Source: Comamonadaceae bacterium (GTDB taxonomy: Bacteria; Pseudomonadota; Gammaproteobacteria; Burkholderiales; Burkholderiaceae_C). Taken from it: a stretch of DNA of 47,744 nucleotides. Under the pieces are notes generated by a model. The model had not been told where the DNA came from. It saw only the letters and a list, made by a program, of their open reading frames with translations, and searched no databases. Position 1 is the first letter of the stretch. Every line of letters begins with the position of its first letter. Below are positions 29,023-41,449 of the stretch, one piece after another. The translations under genes were made by a program, and so were the position numbers. Where the stretch lies: positions 1-47,744 of the forward strand of contig JBBIGT010000001.1 of NCBI GenBank assembly GCA_037447395.1, in the 5' to 3' direction.

Positions 29023-29892
29023 TCAGGAAAGTTCGGTCATGCGCCAATGCGCGCGGGTGGTGCTGGCCTGGGTGATCAGTGCTTCCAGTGTGCGCTGGTC
29101 TTGCCCACGCATCGCCGCTTCAAACAGCGACAGCTGGTCGCGCAGCAGCTGACATTGCGCCAGCACCTCGGCACTGTTGGACAGGAAGATGTCGCGCCAG
29201 ACGCACGGGTCGCCGGCGGCGATGCGCGTGCTGTCGCGAAAACCAGGGCCGGCCAGCGCCAGAAAGTTTTGCCCGCGGGCCTGGCCGGTGACGGTGTTCA
29301 TCAGCGCAAACGCCAGCAGGTGCGGCAGGTGGCTGACGGCGGCAAAAGTTGTGTCGTGCGCCTCGGGGGTCATGTGCACGACCTTGCTGCCAATGGCGCG
29401 CCAGACTTCTTCGGCGCGGCGCACCTGCGCGGCTTGCGTCACCAGCGTCGGCGTCAGGATCACTTGGCGGCTCCGGTACAGGTCGGCGTCGGCGTGCTCG
29501 ACGCCGGCGCGCTCTTTGCCGGCGATCGGGTGCGCCGGCACGAACGAGCCGACCTGCTCGCGCAAGCCGTTTTGCGCCGCTTGCACCACGTCATTTTTCG
29601 TCGAGCCGACGTCCATGATCAGCGTCTGCGGCGTGACCATGTGGCGGATCGCCTTGAAGGTGGCCTCGGACGACGCCACCGGCACGGCGATCAGCACGAT
29701 GTCGGCGCCCGACACCGCCAGCAGCGCCGACGGCGCCTCGACGTCGATGACGCCAAGCTGGCGCGCGCGCTCGGTGGTCGAGGGTGACTTGCTGTAGCCA
29801 ACGACGCGCTGTACCAGGCCCGCCTTTTTCAGGGCCAGGGCGAACGAGCCGCCCATCAGGCCGCAACCAATCAGACCGAGTTGTTCAAACAT
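29023..29892 (-). CDS. tyrA: Prephenate/arogenate dehydrogenase
   Basis: [24 protein letters not shown]...[16 protein letters not shown]. Confidence 0.93.
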   Translation of the reverse strand: MFEQLGLIGCGLMGGSFALALKKAGLVQRVVGYSKSPSTTERARQLGVIDVEAPSALLAVSGADIVLIAVPVASSEATFKAIRHMVTPQTLIMDVGSTKNDVVQAAQNGLREQVGSFVPAHPIAGKERAGVEHADADLYRSRQVILTPTLVTQAAQVRRAEEVWRAIGSKVVHMTPEAHDTTFAAVSHLPHLLAFALMNTVTGQARGQNFLALAGPGFRDSTRIAAGDPCVWRDIFLSNSAEVLAQCQLLRDQLSLFEAAMRGQDQRTLEALITQASTTRAHWRMTELS

Positions 29893-29894
29893 GG

Positions 29895-30977
29895 TTACTC
29901 CGTCACCGGGTAGGTGCCCAGCACCTTGTAAAACGCGCACAGGCGGTGCAGCTCGTCCAGCGCCGCGGCGACGTTGGCTTGCGACGGATGGCCGGCGAGG
30001 TCGATGTAGAAGTAGTACTCCCACTGGCCCGAGCGCGCTGGGCGTGACTCAAAGCGCGTCATCGACACGCCGTGTTTTTTCAGCGGCACCAGCAGGTCGT
30101 GCACGGCGCCGGGGCGGTTTTGCACCGAGACGATCAAGCTGGTGCAGTCGTTGCCGGTGGCGGCCGGCGCGGCCATGATCTGCGGCAGGCAAATGATGGC
30201 AAAACGCGTGCGGTTGAAGGCGTCGTCCTGGATGGCGTAGGAGGCCACGTGCAGGCCAAACTCGCTGCCGGCGCGTTCGCTGGCAATGGCTGCCCAGGCG
30301 GGGTTGGTCGCGGCCAGCCGGGCGCCTTCGGCATTGCTCGGCGCGGCGCGGCGGTCGGCGTGCGGCAGATGCGTGGTCAGCCAGTCCTGGCATTGCGCCA
30401 GCGCTTGCGGGTGCGCGTAGACCGCTTCGATGTCGTGCAGCGCCGGCTCCAGGCGCAACAGGTTGTGGCGCACCAGAAAGCTGGTTTCGCCAATGATGTG
30501 CAGCGGCGAATTGAGCAGCAGGTCCAGCGACCGTGAGATCACGCCCTCGGACGAGTTTTCGATCGGCACAACGCCAAACTCGGCGCTGCCGGCGGCCGTG
30601 GCGCGGAACACTTCGTCGATGCTGACGCACAAGATGCGCGCCATGCTGCCGCCAAAGAACTGGATCGCTGCCTGCTCGCTGAAGGTGCCTGCCGGGCCGA
30701 GAAATGCCACGCGCTGCGGCGCCTCCAGGGACCGGCAGGCCGACATGATCTCGCGCCAGATGATGGCCACGCTGAGCTGTTTGAGCGGCCCCGGGTTGAG
30801 CGCTTGCAGGTTGGCGATGACCTGGTTTTCGCGGTCGGGGCGAAACACCGGTGAGCCATCGACTTTTTTCACCTCGCCGACCTCATGCGCCAGTTGCGCG
30901 CGCCGGTTCAACAAGGTGATCAGCTCGCGGTCCACCGCGTCGATCTGGTCGCGCAGTTCGGGCAGTGTTTTGGCCAT
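29895..30977 (-). CDS. pheA: Chorismate mutase / prephenate dehydratase (P-protein)
   Basis: LRDQIDAVD CM domain, LGPAGTFSE, PIENSSEG, NRTRF, ESRP ACT domain. Confidence 0.96.
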   Translation of the reverse strand: MAKTLPELRDQIDAVDRELITLLNRRAQLAHEVGEVKKVDGSPVFRPDRENQVIANLQALNPGPLKQLSVAIIWREIMSACRSLEAPQRVAFLGPAGTFSEQAAIQFFGGSMARILCVSIDEVFRATAAGSAEFGVVPIENSSEGVISRSLDLLLNSPLHIIGETSFLVRHNLLRLEPALHDIEAVYAHPQALAQCQDWLTTHLPHADRRAAPSNAEGARLAATNPAWAAIASERAGSEFGLHVASYAIQDDAFNRTRFAIICLPQIMAAPAATGNDCTSLIVSVQNRPGAVHDLLVPLKKHGVSMTRFESRPARSGQWEYYFYIDLAGHPSQANVAAALDELHRLCAFYKVLGTYPVTE

Positions 30978-31074
30978 GGTGCGGGTTTACTTGAAAGGAC
31001 CGATGTATCAGCCAGCCGTTGTCATGCCGGACATGTTCCGGCGGCCAGAACGACGAGCTTGAGAAAAATAGCTG

Positions 31075-32169
31075 TCATTGCCCATGCTGGGCCTCGAACT
31101 CGCGCAGGTAGTCGACCAGCGCTTGCACGCCTGCCAGCGGCATGGCGTTGTAGATGCTGGCGCGCATACCGCCGACAGACTTGTGGCCCTTGAGCTGCAG
31201 CAGGCCGCGCGCGTGTGCACCGGCCAGAAAGGCGTCGTTCAGGCGCTCGTCGCGCAAATAAAACGGCACGTTCATGCGCGAGCGACAGTGCCGCGCCACT
31301 TTGTTGAAGTACAGCGCCGAGTCGTCGATGGCCTGGTACAGCAACTGCGCCTTGGCGATGTTGGTCGCCTCGACCGCCTGGATGCCGCCCTGGCGCTTGA
31401 GCCACTTGAACACCAGGCCGGCGATGTACAGCGAATACGTCGGTGGCGTGTTGAACATCGACTGGTTGGCGGCCACCGTTTTGTAGGTGAAGGCGCTCGG
31501 GCAAATCGGCAGCGCACGATCGAGCAGATCGTCGCGCACGGCAACCAGTGTCAGGCCAGCAGGGCCGAGGTTTTTTTGCGCGCCGCCAAAGGCCAGCCCG
31601 ACGCGCGACCAGTCGACCCGGCGCGAGGCGACGTGCGACGAGAAGTCGATCACCAGCGGCGCGTCGCAGCCCAGCGCGCGCAGGTCGGGCAGCTGGTGGT
31701 ACTCGACGCCGTCGATGGTTTCGTTCGAGCAGATGTGCACGTACGCCGGCTTGGCGCTGAGCTGCCACTGCGCCGGCTCGAGCAAGGTGGTGAAGGCGTC
31801 CTGGCGGGTGTTGCCGGCCTCGTGCACGGTGCAGTAGCGCTGGGCCTCCTGCGCCGACTTCTGGCTCCAGCTGCCGGTGACGACAAAGTCAGCCGTCTCG
31901 CCCCGCGAGAGGTTCAACGGCACGATGGCGTTTTCGGCCAGACCGCCGCCTTGCATGAACAGCAATTTGAAGTGACCGGGCACGGCCAGCAGTTCGCGCA
32001 GGTCGGCCTCGGCCTCGGCGTAGATCTGGCCAAACTCCTTGCCGCGGTGACTCATTTCCATGACGCCCATGCCGCTGCCGTGCCAGTCGCGCATCTCGGC
32101 GGCGGCCTGCGTCAGCACTTCTTCGGGCATGGCCGCCGGGCCGGCGGAAAAGTTATACGGTCGTGTCAT
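31075..32169 (-). CDS. serC: Phosphoserine aminotransferase
   Basis: [47 protein letters not shown]. Confidence 0.97.
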   Translation of the reverse strand: MTRPYNFSAGPAAMPEEVLTQAAAEMRDWHGSGMGVMEMSHRGKEFGQIYAEAEADLRELLAVPGHFKLLFMQGGGLAENAIVPLNLSRGETADFVVTGSWSQKSAQEAQRYCTVHEAGNTRQDAFTTLLEPAQWQLSAKPAYVHICSNETIDGVEYHQLPDLRALGCDAPLVIDFSSHVASRRVDWSRVGLAFGGAQKNLGPAGLTLVAVRDDLLDRALPICPSAFTYKTVAANQSMFNTPPTYSLYIAGLVFKWLKRQGGIQAVEATNIAKAQLLYQAIDDSALYFNKVARHCRSRMNVPFYLRDERLNDAFLAGAHARGLLQLKGHKSVGGMRASIYNAMPLAGVQALVDYLREFEAQHGQ

Positions 32170-32176
32170 TAAAACA

Positions 32177-32240
32177 ATTTATAAGAAATCACGCGCTAGC
32201 CCTTATTTATAAAGCGCAAGCAGCTATTTAATCAATAGTA
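32177..32240 (+). repeat. Dispersed motif, copy 6 (fills most of the gyrA-serC intergenic gap)
   Basis: TATAAGAAAT CACGCGC TAGCCC TTATTTATAAA GCGC AAGC AGCTAT TTAATCA ATAGTA. Confidence 0.9.
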
Positions 32241-32253
32241 ATCAATTGTGCCT

Positions 32254-34899
<2,646 letters not shown>

Positions 34900-35145
34900 T
34901 GGGGGAGGGCTGATGCAAATGCGGGAGTGCCCGGCCATTTTATGCGGTGGCGTTGTGGTCGCCGGGCAACGTCCAGCCGCGCCAGCAGCCCCTTGCCGGC
35001 GGCGCAAAGCGATTGGCGCGGCGCGGCTGCTTTACTTGCTGTAGCGATGTGGCACAATGGTTTCAACGCCCAGGCACGATCGTTTTGAGCGTCTGTTTTG
35101 TTTATTAATTGCCGCTTCGCTGCGGTCTTTTCCCTTAGGAGAATC

Positions 35146-35802
35146 ATGAAAAAGCTGAATAAATTGTCGCTATTGATCGCCACCGCAGCTCTGGCCACCG
35201 CAGCCGGTGCCCAGTCAATCGACAACTGGCGCGCCGCCGACGGCACGGTCTGGAAGAACGGTACCAATGAACTCTGCTGGCGTGACGCCAACTGGACGCC
35301 GGCGACTGCCGCGGCCACGTGTGACGGCGCCATCGTTGCGCCCAAGCCGGCTCCGGTGGTGGCTCCGGCGCCTGCTGCGGCTCCAGCTCCGGTTGCTGCG
35401 CCAGCGCCCGCTCCGGCACCTGCGCCCGTGGTTGCGCCCGCTGCGCCGGCCAAGGTAACCTACGCTGCTGACGCGTTCTTCGACTTTGACAAGGCCGTTC
35501 TCAAGGCCGAAGGCAAAGCCAAGCTCGATGATCTGGTTAGCAAGGTCAAGGGCATCAACCTCGAAGTCATCATTGCCGTCGGTCACGCCGACGCCACTGG
35601 TGCCGACGCCTACAACCAAAAGCTGTCGGTGAAGCGTTCTGAAGCCGTCAAGGCCTATCTGGTGTCCAAGGGCATCGAAAAGAACCGCGTCTACACCGAA
35701 GGCAAGGGTGAGAAGCAACCCGTTGCCGACAACAAGACCGCCGCCGGCCGCGCCAAGAATCGCCGCGTTGAAGTTGAAGTGGTTGGTACCCGCGGCAAAT
35801 AA
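35146..35802 (+). CDS. ompA: OmpA-family outer membrane protein
   Basis: Signal peptide, Pro/Ala linker, FFDFDKA, YNQKLS..R, NRRVEVE; divergent from gyrA. Confidence 0.93.
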   Translation: MKKLNKLSLLIATAALATAAGAQSIDNWRAADGTVWKNGTNELCWRDANWTPATAAATCDGAIVAPKPAPVVAPAPAAAPAPVAAPAPAPAPAPVVAPAAPAKVTYAADAFFDFDKAVLKAEGKAKLDDLVSKVKGINLEVIIAVGHADATGADAYNQKLSVKRSEAVKAYLVSKGIEKNRVYTEGKGEKQPVADNKTAAGRAKNRRVEVEVVGTRGK

Positions 35803-35821
35803 TTGCCTCGGCTGCCTAGCA

Positions 35822-35853
35822 AACAAAAAACCCGCTGCGGCGGGTTTTTTGTT
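35822..35853 (+). terminator. Intrinsic terminator after ompA
   Basis: AACAAAAAACCCGC-TGCG-GCGGGTTTTTTGTT. Confidence 0.9.
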
Positions 35854-35920
35854 GCCCTTTTTTTGAACTGACGGTTTTGAAGAGTCCGCACATCCCAGCG
35901 CGTCGATATCGTTTCGGTGA

Positions 35921-35935
35921 TCAGGGTTTACCCTA
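35921..35935. promoter_or_regulatory. TCAGGGTTTRYCCTA motif, copy 2
   Basis: TCAGGGTTTACCCTA (near-palindrome AGGGTTTACCCT), 55 nt upstream of maoC/pta. Confidence 0.5.
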
Positions 35936-35989
35936 AAATCTCCAGCCCTTGCAGACCGGTGCCGTGCTGGCCCAAACCCTGGATCGTCC

Positions 35990-37411
35990 ATGACCGCCCA
36001 AACTGACACTGAACTGATCGAAAACTACGTCTTTGACGACATTTCCGTGGGCCAGTCGGCCCGCCTGTTGCGGGCGTTGACGCTGGAAGACATTCGCGCG
36101 TTCGCTGCCGTCTCTGGCGACACCAACCCGGCGCACATGGACCCCGAGTACGCCAGCGACACGCTGTTCCACGGCGTCATTGCCCACGGCATGTGGAGCG
36201 CGGCGCTGATTTCGGCCGTGCTGGGCACCGAGTTTCCCGGGCCGGGCACGATTTATCTGGACCAGGCGCTGCATTTCGCCAAACCGGTGCGCGTCGGTGA
36301 CACCGTCACCGTCACCGTTACCGTCACCCGCAAAAATCCGCAGGACCACAGCCTCGAGTTGGACTGCCAGGTGGTCAACCAGCGCGGTGTTTGCGTGCTC
36401 AGTGGCACCGCGCGCGTGCTGGCGCCGATGACCAAGGTGCGCCGGGCGCGCGTGGTGGCACCGCGCATCCAGGTGTTTGACCCGCAGGCCCGCTTCAGTC
36501 AGTTGCTGGCCATGGGCAGTCAGCTCGAGGCGGTGCGCTGCGCCGTGGTGCACCCGTGCGACGCCGGCTCACTCAGCGGCGCCATGGATTCTGCCCACCA
36601 TGGTTTGATTGTGCCGGTGCTGATTGGCCCGGAGGAACGCATTCGCCACGTCGCCGCCGACGCCGGTATCGACCTGCGCGGCGCCGAGATCGTGGCGCAG
36701 CCGCACAGCCATGCCGCGGCCGAAGCCGGCGCCGAGCTGGCCGCCAGCGGGCAGGTCGAGATGTTGATGAAGGGCAGCCTGCACACCGACGAGCTGATTC
36801 GCGCGGTGCTGTCCAAGCCGCAGCTGCGGACCGGCCGGCGCATGTCGCACGTGTTTCGCTTTGACGTGCCGCTGTACCACAAGCCTTTGCTGATTACCGA
36901 CGCAGCGCTGAACATCCGCCCGACGCTGCAGGACAAAATCGACATTGTGCAAAACGCCATCGACTTTGCGCGCATCATGGGCGTCAAGGTGCCCAAGGTA
37001 GCCATTCTGGCGGCGGTTGAAGTGGTCAACCCGAGCATGCCGTCGACGCTGGACGCCGCGGCGCTGTGCAAAATGACCGACCGCGGCCAGATCACCGGCG
37101 GCGTGCTCGACGGGCCGCTGGCCTTTGACAACGCTATTTCGATGGCCGCGGCGCAGATCAAGCACATTGAGTCACCGGTGGCCGGGCACGCCGATATTTT
37201 TCTGGTGCCCGATCTGGAGAGCGGCAACATGCTGGCCAAGCAGCTCGAATACCTCGCCGGTGCCAGTGGCTCCGGGCTGGTGCTGGGCGCGCGCGTGCCG
37301 ATTGCGTTGACCAGCCGCGCCGAGGGGCCGTCCAACCGCGTCGCCTCGGCCTTGCTGGGCTTGATGGTCGCGCACAACGCCCGGCGCACGCGCTCGCGCG
37401 TCGTCTGGTAG
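35990..37411 (+). CDS. Bifunctional MaoC (R)-enoyl-CoA hydratase / phosphate acetyl(butyryl)transferase
   Basis: FAAVSGDTNPAH...AHGMW...PGPGTIY (MaoC), then LMKGSLHT, DGPLAFDNA, PDLESGNMLAK, LTSRA (Pta/Ptb). Confidence 0.93.
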   Translation: MTAQTDTELIENYVFDDISVGQSARLLRALTLEDIRAFAAVSGDTNPAHMDPEYASDTLFHGVIAHGMWSAALISAVLGTEFPGPGTIYLDQALHFAKPVRVGDTVTVTVTVTRKNPQDHSLELDCQVVNQRGVCVLSGTARVLAPMTKVRRARVVAPRIQVFDPQARFSQLLAMGSQLEAVRCAVVHPCDAGSLSGAMDSAHHGLIVPVLIGPEERIRHVAADAGIDLRGAEIVAQPHSHAAAEAGAELAASGQVEMLMKGSLHTDELIRAVLSKPQLRTGRRMSHVFRFDVPLYHKPLLITDAALNIRPTLQDKIDIVQNAIDFARIMGVKVPKVAILAAVEVVNPSMPSTLDAAALCKMTDRGQITGGVLDGPLAFDNAISMAAAQIKHIESPVAGHADIFLVPDLESGNMLAKQLEYLAGASGSGLVLGARVPIALTSRAEGPSNRVASALLGLMVAHNARRTRSRVVW

Positions 37412-37421
37412 GGAGCGGTCG

Positions 37422-38606
37422 ATGGCCATTTTGGCGGTTAACGCGGGGTCTTCCTCGCTCAAGTTTTCGCTCTACCCGGTGCGGGCGCACGTGGTCGGCG
37501 CGCGGGTGCTCGACGGCAACATCGAAGGTCTGGAGCCCGACGGCGCGCCGCAGATGTCGTGGAGTTACCAGGGCCAGCGCCGGCAGCGGGCCATGACCGC
37601 GCGCGACGGCCACGGCTTCGCCACCGCGCTGGACAGTTTGCAGGCGCTGCTGGGCGAGTTGCCTGGCGTGCCGGCGCTGGCCGCGGTGGCACATCGGGTG
37701 GTGCACGGTGGCGCCCTGTACCGCAACAGCGTCGTCGTTGACGACACCGTGCTGGCGCAGTTGACGGATTTTGTCTCGCTGGCGCCGCTGCACCAGCCGC
37801 ACAACCTGGCCGGCATCCGCGCCTTTCGCGCGGCGTTTTCCCAGGTACCGCAAGTGGCCTGTTTTGACACCGCCTTTCACGCCACCTTGCCCGCGGTGGA
37901 TTACCGATTTGCTCTGCCGCAAGCGCTCTATGAGCAGGGTTTGCGCCGCTATGGTTTCCACGGCTTGTCGTACCAGTACGTCATGGGCACCTTGCAGCAG
38001 TGTTCGCCGCGTGCGCAAGGGCGCGTGGTGATGGCCCATCTGGGCAACGGCGCCAGCTTGTGTGGCGCCGTGGCGGGTCAGAGCCGCGCCACGACGATGG
38101 GTTTTTCGGCGCTGGACGGCTTGATGATGGGCACCCGCACCGGCGCGCTCGACGCCGGCGTGCTGCTGTACTTGCTGGAGCAGGGCTGGGACCACGATCG
38201 GTTGCAGACCTTGTTGTACAAACAAAGTGGGCTGCTGGGTGTGTCGGGCAGCTCCGCTGACATGCGCCGGCTGCGCGGCGACGACAGTGCGGGCGCGCGC
38301 CTGGCCATCGACATGTTCACCTACCGCGTGGTGCGTGAATGCGGCGCCTTGGCAGCGTGTTTGCAGGGGCTGGACGTGCTGGCCTTCAGCGGGGGCATCG
38401 GCGAGCACGACGTGCGCCTGCGCGCCGACGTTGCGCAACGGCTTGCATGGATGGGCGTGGCCATCGACGCCGATCGCAATGCGCAAGCCACCGGCGAGGG
38501 GTTGATGTCGATCCACGCCAGCGACAGCCGCGTCGAGGTCTGGGTCGTGCCGACCGACGAAGGCGTGGTCGCCGCGCGCGCGGCCGTGCAACTCGTCGGC
38601 GTCTGA
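37422..38606 (+). CDS. ackA: Acetate/propionate kinase
   Basis: VNAGSSSLKF, HRVVHGG, APLHQP, FDTAFH, RYGFHGLSY, HLGNGAS, MGTRTG, FSGGIGE, PTDE. Confidence 0.95.
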   Translation: MAILAVNAGSSSLKFSLYPVRAHVVGARVLDGNIEGLEPDGAPQMSWSYQGQRRQRAMTARDGHGFATALDSLQALLGELPGVPALAAVAHRVVHGGALYRNSVVVDDTVLAQLTDFVSLAPLHQPHNLAGIRAFRAAFSQVPQVACFDTAFHATLPAVDYRFALPQALYEQGLRRYGFHGLSYQYVMGTLQQCSPRAQGRVVMAHLGNGASLCGAVAGQSRATTMGFSALDGLMMGTRTGALDAGVLLYLLEQGWDHDRLQTLLYKQSGLLGVSGSSADMRRLRGDDSAGARLAIDMFTYRVVRECGALAACLQGLDVLAFSGGIGEHDVRLRADVAQRLAWMGVAIDADRNAQATGEGLMSIHASDSRVEVWVVPTDEGVVAARAAVQLVGV

Positions 38607-38668
38607 GGCGCCGCCGCCAGCGCCGCCCGAGGCCGGCCAGTGCAGCGCTACTTTGCGATACTGTGACC

Positions 38669-39430
38669 ATGCAACTGCAGGACATTCTTTACAGCCAAGG
38701 CTTTGGCACGCGGCGCGTCTGCGCTGGTTTGATCCAGCAGGGCTGGGTTGAGGTTTATGAACAAAACGGGCAGAAATCCCCCGTAAAACATACGCTAGCA
38801 GCTACTGAATTTGAAGCGCCTGGGTTGCGCTTCAGGGTTCAGGGCGTCGATTGGTGCTATAGCGAGCGCGCCTACATCGTGCTGCACAAGCCGGCGCAGA
38901 CCGAGTGCTCGCAAAAACCCTCGACCTACCCCAGCGTCTACGCCTTGTTGCCGGCGCCGCTGCGTCAGCGGCCGCAAAAAGGCGCGCTGCAAGGTGTGCA
39001 GGCGGTTGGCCGGCTCGACCAGGACACCACCGGTTTGTTGCTGCTGACCGACGACGGTCAGTTCATCCACCGCATGAGCTCGCCGCGCCACCACGTGCCC
39101 AAGGTTTATGAGGTCGGCGTCAAGCATCCGCTTGACGAGCGTCAGGTGGCGCGCTTGCTGGCCGGCGTGGTGCTTGACGACGACCCCAAACCGGTGCGCG
39201 CGGCTGCCTGCGCGGCGGTGTCACCAACGCACCTGCGCCTGACGCTGCTCGAGGGCAAATACCACCAGGTCAAGCGCATGGTCGCCGCCGTCGGCAACCG
39301 GGTCGAAACCTTGCATCGCAGTCAGATCGGCGGCTGGTGCTTGCCCGACGACTTGTTGCCGGGGCAGTGGCGCGCGCTGACCGTCACTGAGCTGGCGCTG
39401 ATCGATCCGGCCTACCGTTACCACCTGTAA
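38669..39430 (+). CDS. RsuA-family rRNA pseudouridine synthase
   Basis: S4-like N-terminus, VGRLDQDTTGLLLLTDDG, EGKYHQVKRM. Confidence 0.92.
   Translation: MQLQDILYSQGFGTRRVCAGLIQQGWVEVYEQNGQKSPVKHTLAATEFEAPGLRFRVQGVDWCYSERAYIVLHKPAQTECSQKPSTYPSVYALLPAPLRQRPQKGALQGVQAVGRLDQDTTGLLLLTDDGQFIHRMSSPRHHVPKVYEVGVKHPLDERQVARLLAGVVLDDDPKPVRAAACAAVSPTHLRLTLLEGKYHQVKRMVAAVGNRVETLHRSQIGGWCLPDDLLPGQWRALTVTELALIDPAYRYHL
38755..38818 (+). repeat. Dispersed motif, copy 7 (inside the rsuA-like gene, sense)
   Basis: Core 38775-38818: AATCCC CCGTAAAACAT ACGC TAGC AGCTAC TGAATTT GAAGCG, preceded by TGAACAAAAC-GGGCAGA. Confidence 0.75.
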
Positions 39431-39489
39431 CTGTTGCTGACGCCGCCCCACCCCGGTGTGCGCTGGGGCGCTCGGGTATGCTTGGCCGC

Positions 39490-40416
39490 ATGAGGTTGTT
39501 GTTTGATTCTTTCTGGCGTGCGCTGGCCTACTGCTTTGCCCCCCGGGTGATGCTGCTGTCGCTGGCGCCCTTGGCGCTGCTGCTGGTGCTGGCCTCCGGT
39601 CTGGCCTACCTGTACTGGGAACCGGCGGTGCTGGCCCTACGCAATGCGTTGGAGGCATCGCTGCTTGTCGGCACCGTGAACGGATGGCTGCAGGCGTTGG
39701 GGCTGACCGTGGTGACGACCTATCTGGCGCCGCTGGCCCTGGTGTTTGCCGTGACGCCGCTGTTGCTGGTGTTGTCGTTGCTGGCGGTAGCCCTGCTGAT
39801 GACGCCGATGCTGACCGAGCGGGTGGCGACGCGGCGCTTTGCCAGTCTGGAGCGCAAGAACGGCGGCTCGTTGCTGGCCAGCATCAGCTGGTCGATGTGG
39901 TCGACGCTGCTGGCGCTGGTGGCGCTGGTGGTGTCAATACCGCTGTGGGTTGTGCCACCGCTTATTTTTGTGTTGCCGCCGCTGATCTGGGGCTGGTTGA
40001 CCTACCGGGTGATGGCGTTCGACGCCCTGGCGGCGCACGCCAGCGTCGAAGAGCGGCAAACCATTTTTCGTCGCCACCGCATGACGTTGCTGCTGATGGG
40101 CGTGGTCTGTGGCTTCCTGGGCGCGGCGCCCAGCGTCATTTGGGCCTCGGGGGTGTTGTTTGCTTTTGCGTTCGTGCTGCTGATTCCGGTGGGCGTCTGG
40201 CTCTACACGCTGGTTTTTGTGCTGTCGTCGCTGTGGTTTGTCCATTTCTGCTTAGCTGCCCTGGCCGACTTGCGCCGCGAACGTTTGCAGCGCACAGATC
40301 GCCGCGCCGTGCCTGCGACTGCAGCTACGGCGCCTGCGCCGGTTGCCGCTGCGGCGCTACCATTGGCGTATGACGTCCACGCCAACACCCCAAACCCCAC
40401 TCAGCCCGGCCACTGA
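39490..40416 (+). CDS. EI24/CysZ-like membrane protein
   Basis: MRLLFDSFWRALAYC, multi-TM, WGWLTYRVMAFDALA. Confidence 0.75.
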   Translation: MRLLFDSFWRALAYCFAPRVMLLSLAPLALLLVLASGLAYLYWEPAVLALRNALEASLLVGTVNGWLQALGLTVVTTYLAPLALVFAVTPLLLVLSLLAVALLMTPMLTERVATRRFASLERKNGGSLLASISWSMWSTLLALVALVVSIPLWVVPPLIFVLPPLIWGWLTYRVMAFDALAAHASVEERQTIFRRHRMTLLLMGVVCGFLGAAPSVIWASGVLFAFAFVLLIPVGVWLYTLVFVLSSLWFVHFCLAALADLRRERLQRTDRRAVPATAATAPAPVAAAALPLAYDVHANTPNPTQPGH

Positions 40417-41221
40417 AACCCGGCCGAACTTTGCCCTGCTGATCATCGGCGACGAGATTCTGTCGGGCCGGCGCGCCGACAAACATTTGCCCAAGGTCAT
40501 CGAGCTGTTCAAGGCGCGCGGCCTGCAGCTGGCCTGGGCCGAATACGTTGGCGACGACCCGCAGCGCATCACCGCGGCGCTACAACGGGCTTTTGCCAGC
40601 GGCGACGTGGTGTTCTCGACCGGAGGCATCGGCGCCACGCCGGACGACCATACGCGCCAGTGTGCGGCGCGGGCGCTCGGGGTCGAGCTGGCGCTGCACC
40701 CGCAGGCCAAGGCGTTGATCGAGCAGCGCATGCACGAGGTAGCGCGCGAGCAGGGCAAAACGTACGACGCGCTGGCGCCAGACAACCTGCACCGCCTGAA
40801 CATGGGCGTGTTCCCGCTCGGCGCCACGCTGATTCCCAACCCGTACAACAAGATTCCCGGATTCAGTTGCCGCCGGGTGCACTTTGTGCCCGGCTTTCCG
40901 GTGATGGCCTGGCCGATGATCGAATGGGTGCTCGACACCCAGTACCACGCCTACTTCACCAGTCAGGCCTGGCAAGAGCGTTCGGTCATCGTTTTCGGCG
41001 CAATGGAGGCCACACTGACACCGCTGATGGAGCAGATCGAGCGTGACTTCGCCGGCGTCAAGGTGTTTAGCCTGCCCAGCGTCGACCACCCGCTGTTTGG
41101 CCGCCATATCGAACTCGGCGTCAAGGGCGCGCCCGGTGTGGTGGCGCCGGCGTACACCGCGCTGCTGGCTGGCCTGGCGCCGTTCAACCTCAAGCTTGGC
41201 CCCGAATTGGTGCAGCCGTAA
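40370..41221 (+). CDS. CinA N-terminal / molybdopterin-binding domain protein
   Basis: LIIGDEILSGRRAD, VGDD, TGGIGATPDDHT, FVPGFP. Confidence 0.88.
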   Translation: MTSTPTPQTPLSPATETRPNFALLIIGDEILSGRRADKHLPKVIELFKARGLQLAWAEYVGDDPQRITAALQRAFASGDVVFSTGGIGATPDDHTRQCAARALGVELALHPQAKALIEQRMHEVAREQGKTYDALAPDNLHRLNMGVFPLGATLIPNPYNKIPGFSCRRVHFVPGFPVMAWPMIEWVLDTQYHAYFTSQAWQERSVIVFGAMEATLTPLMEQIERDFAGVKVFSLPSVDHPLFGRHIELGVKGAPGVVAPAYTALLAGLAPFNLKLGPELVQP

Positions 41222-41264
41222 CGCATTGCTTTGGTGCATTGACGGTGTGCTCGCTGTTGGTGCG
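41198..41264. promoter_or_regulatory. Three putative NtrC binding sites upstream of glnA
   Basis: GC-N9-GTGC boxes ending TTGGTGC at 41198-41214, 41222-41238 and 41248-41264, resembling TGCACC-N5-GGTGCA. Confidence 0.7.
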
Positions 41265-41384
41265 TCACCCGGTGAGCGCGGTTTGCCTCAAGCGCCGCTG
41301 GCGGTGCCCGCGGTGTGACGCTACAGAGCACCGATCTCGGGGCACAATAGGCGCCGTTCCGGTTTCTGGGGCGCCCAGCTGTGC

Positions 41385-41400
41385 TGGCACAGAATCTGCG
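41385..41400 (+). promoter_or_regulatory. Sigma54 (-24/-12) promoter of glnA
   Basis: TGGCAC-AGAAT-CTGC; GG-N10-GC spacing is exact. Confidence 0.85.
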
Positions 41401-41449
41401 TATTTTTCGCTGATCCACTTTTTAACAACGTTTCTTTTTGGAGAAATTC

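Noticed and set aside
31055-31085. Tenth copy of the dispersed motif at the serC 3' end (minus strand AGCTATTTTTCTCAAGC)
   Set aside because: Spacer is one base short and the upstream GCGC/TAGCCC blocks are absent.
35020-35046. Motif-like GCTTT-N7-GTAGC upstream of ompA
   Set aside because: GC-rich spacer, wrong distance to GCGC, and no A/T tract or TAGCCC block.
35338-35452. Pro/Ala repeats in ompA
   Set aside because: Normal OmpA linker low-complexity sequence.
41327-41344. Fourth NtrC site near the glnA promoter (GCACC-N6-GGGGC)
   Set aside because: Spacing is one base longer than consensus and one arm is mismatched.
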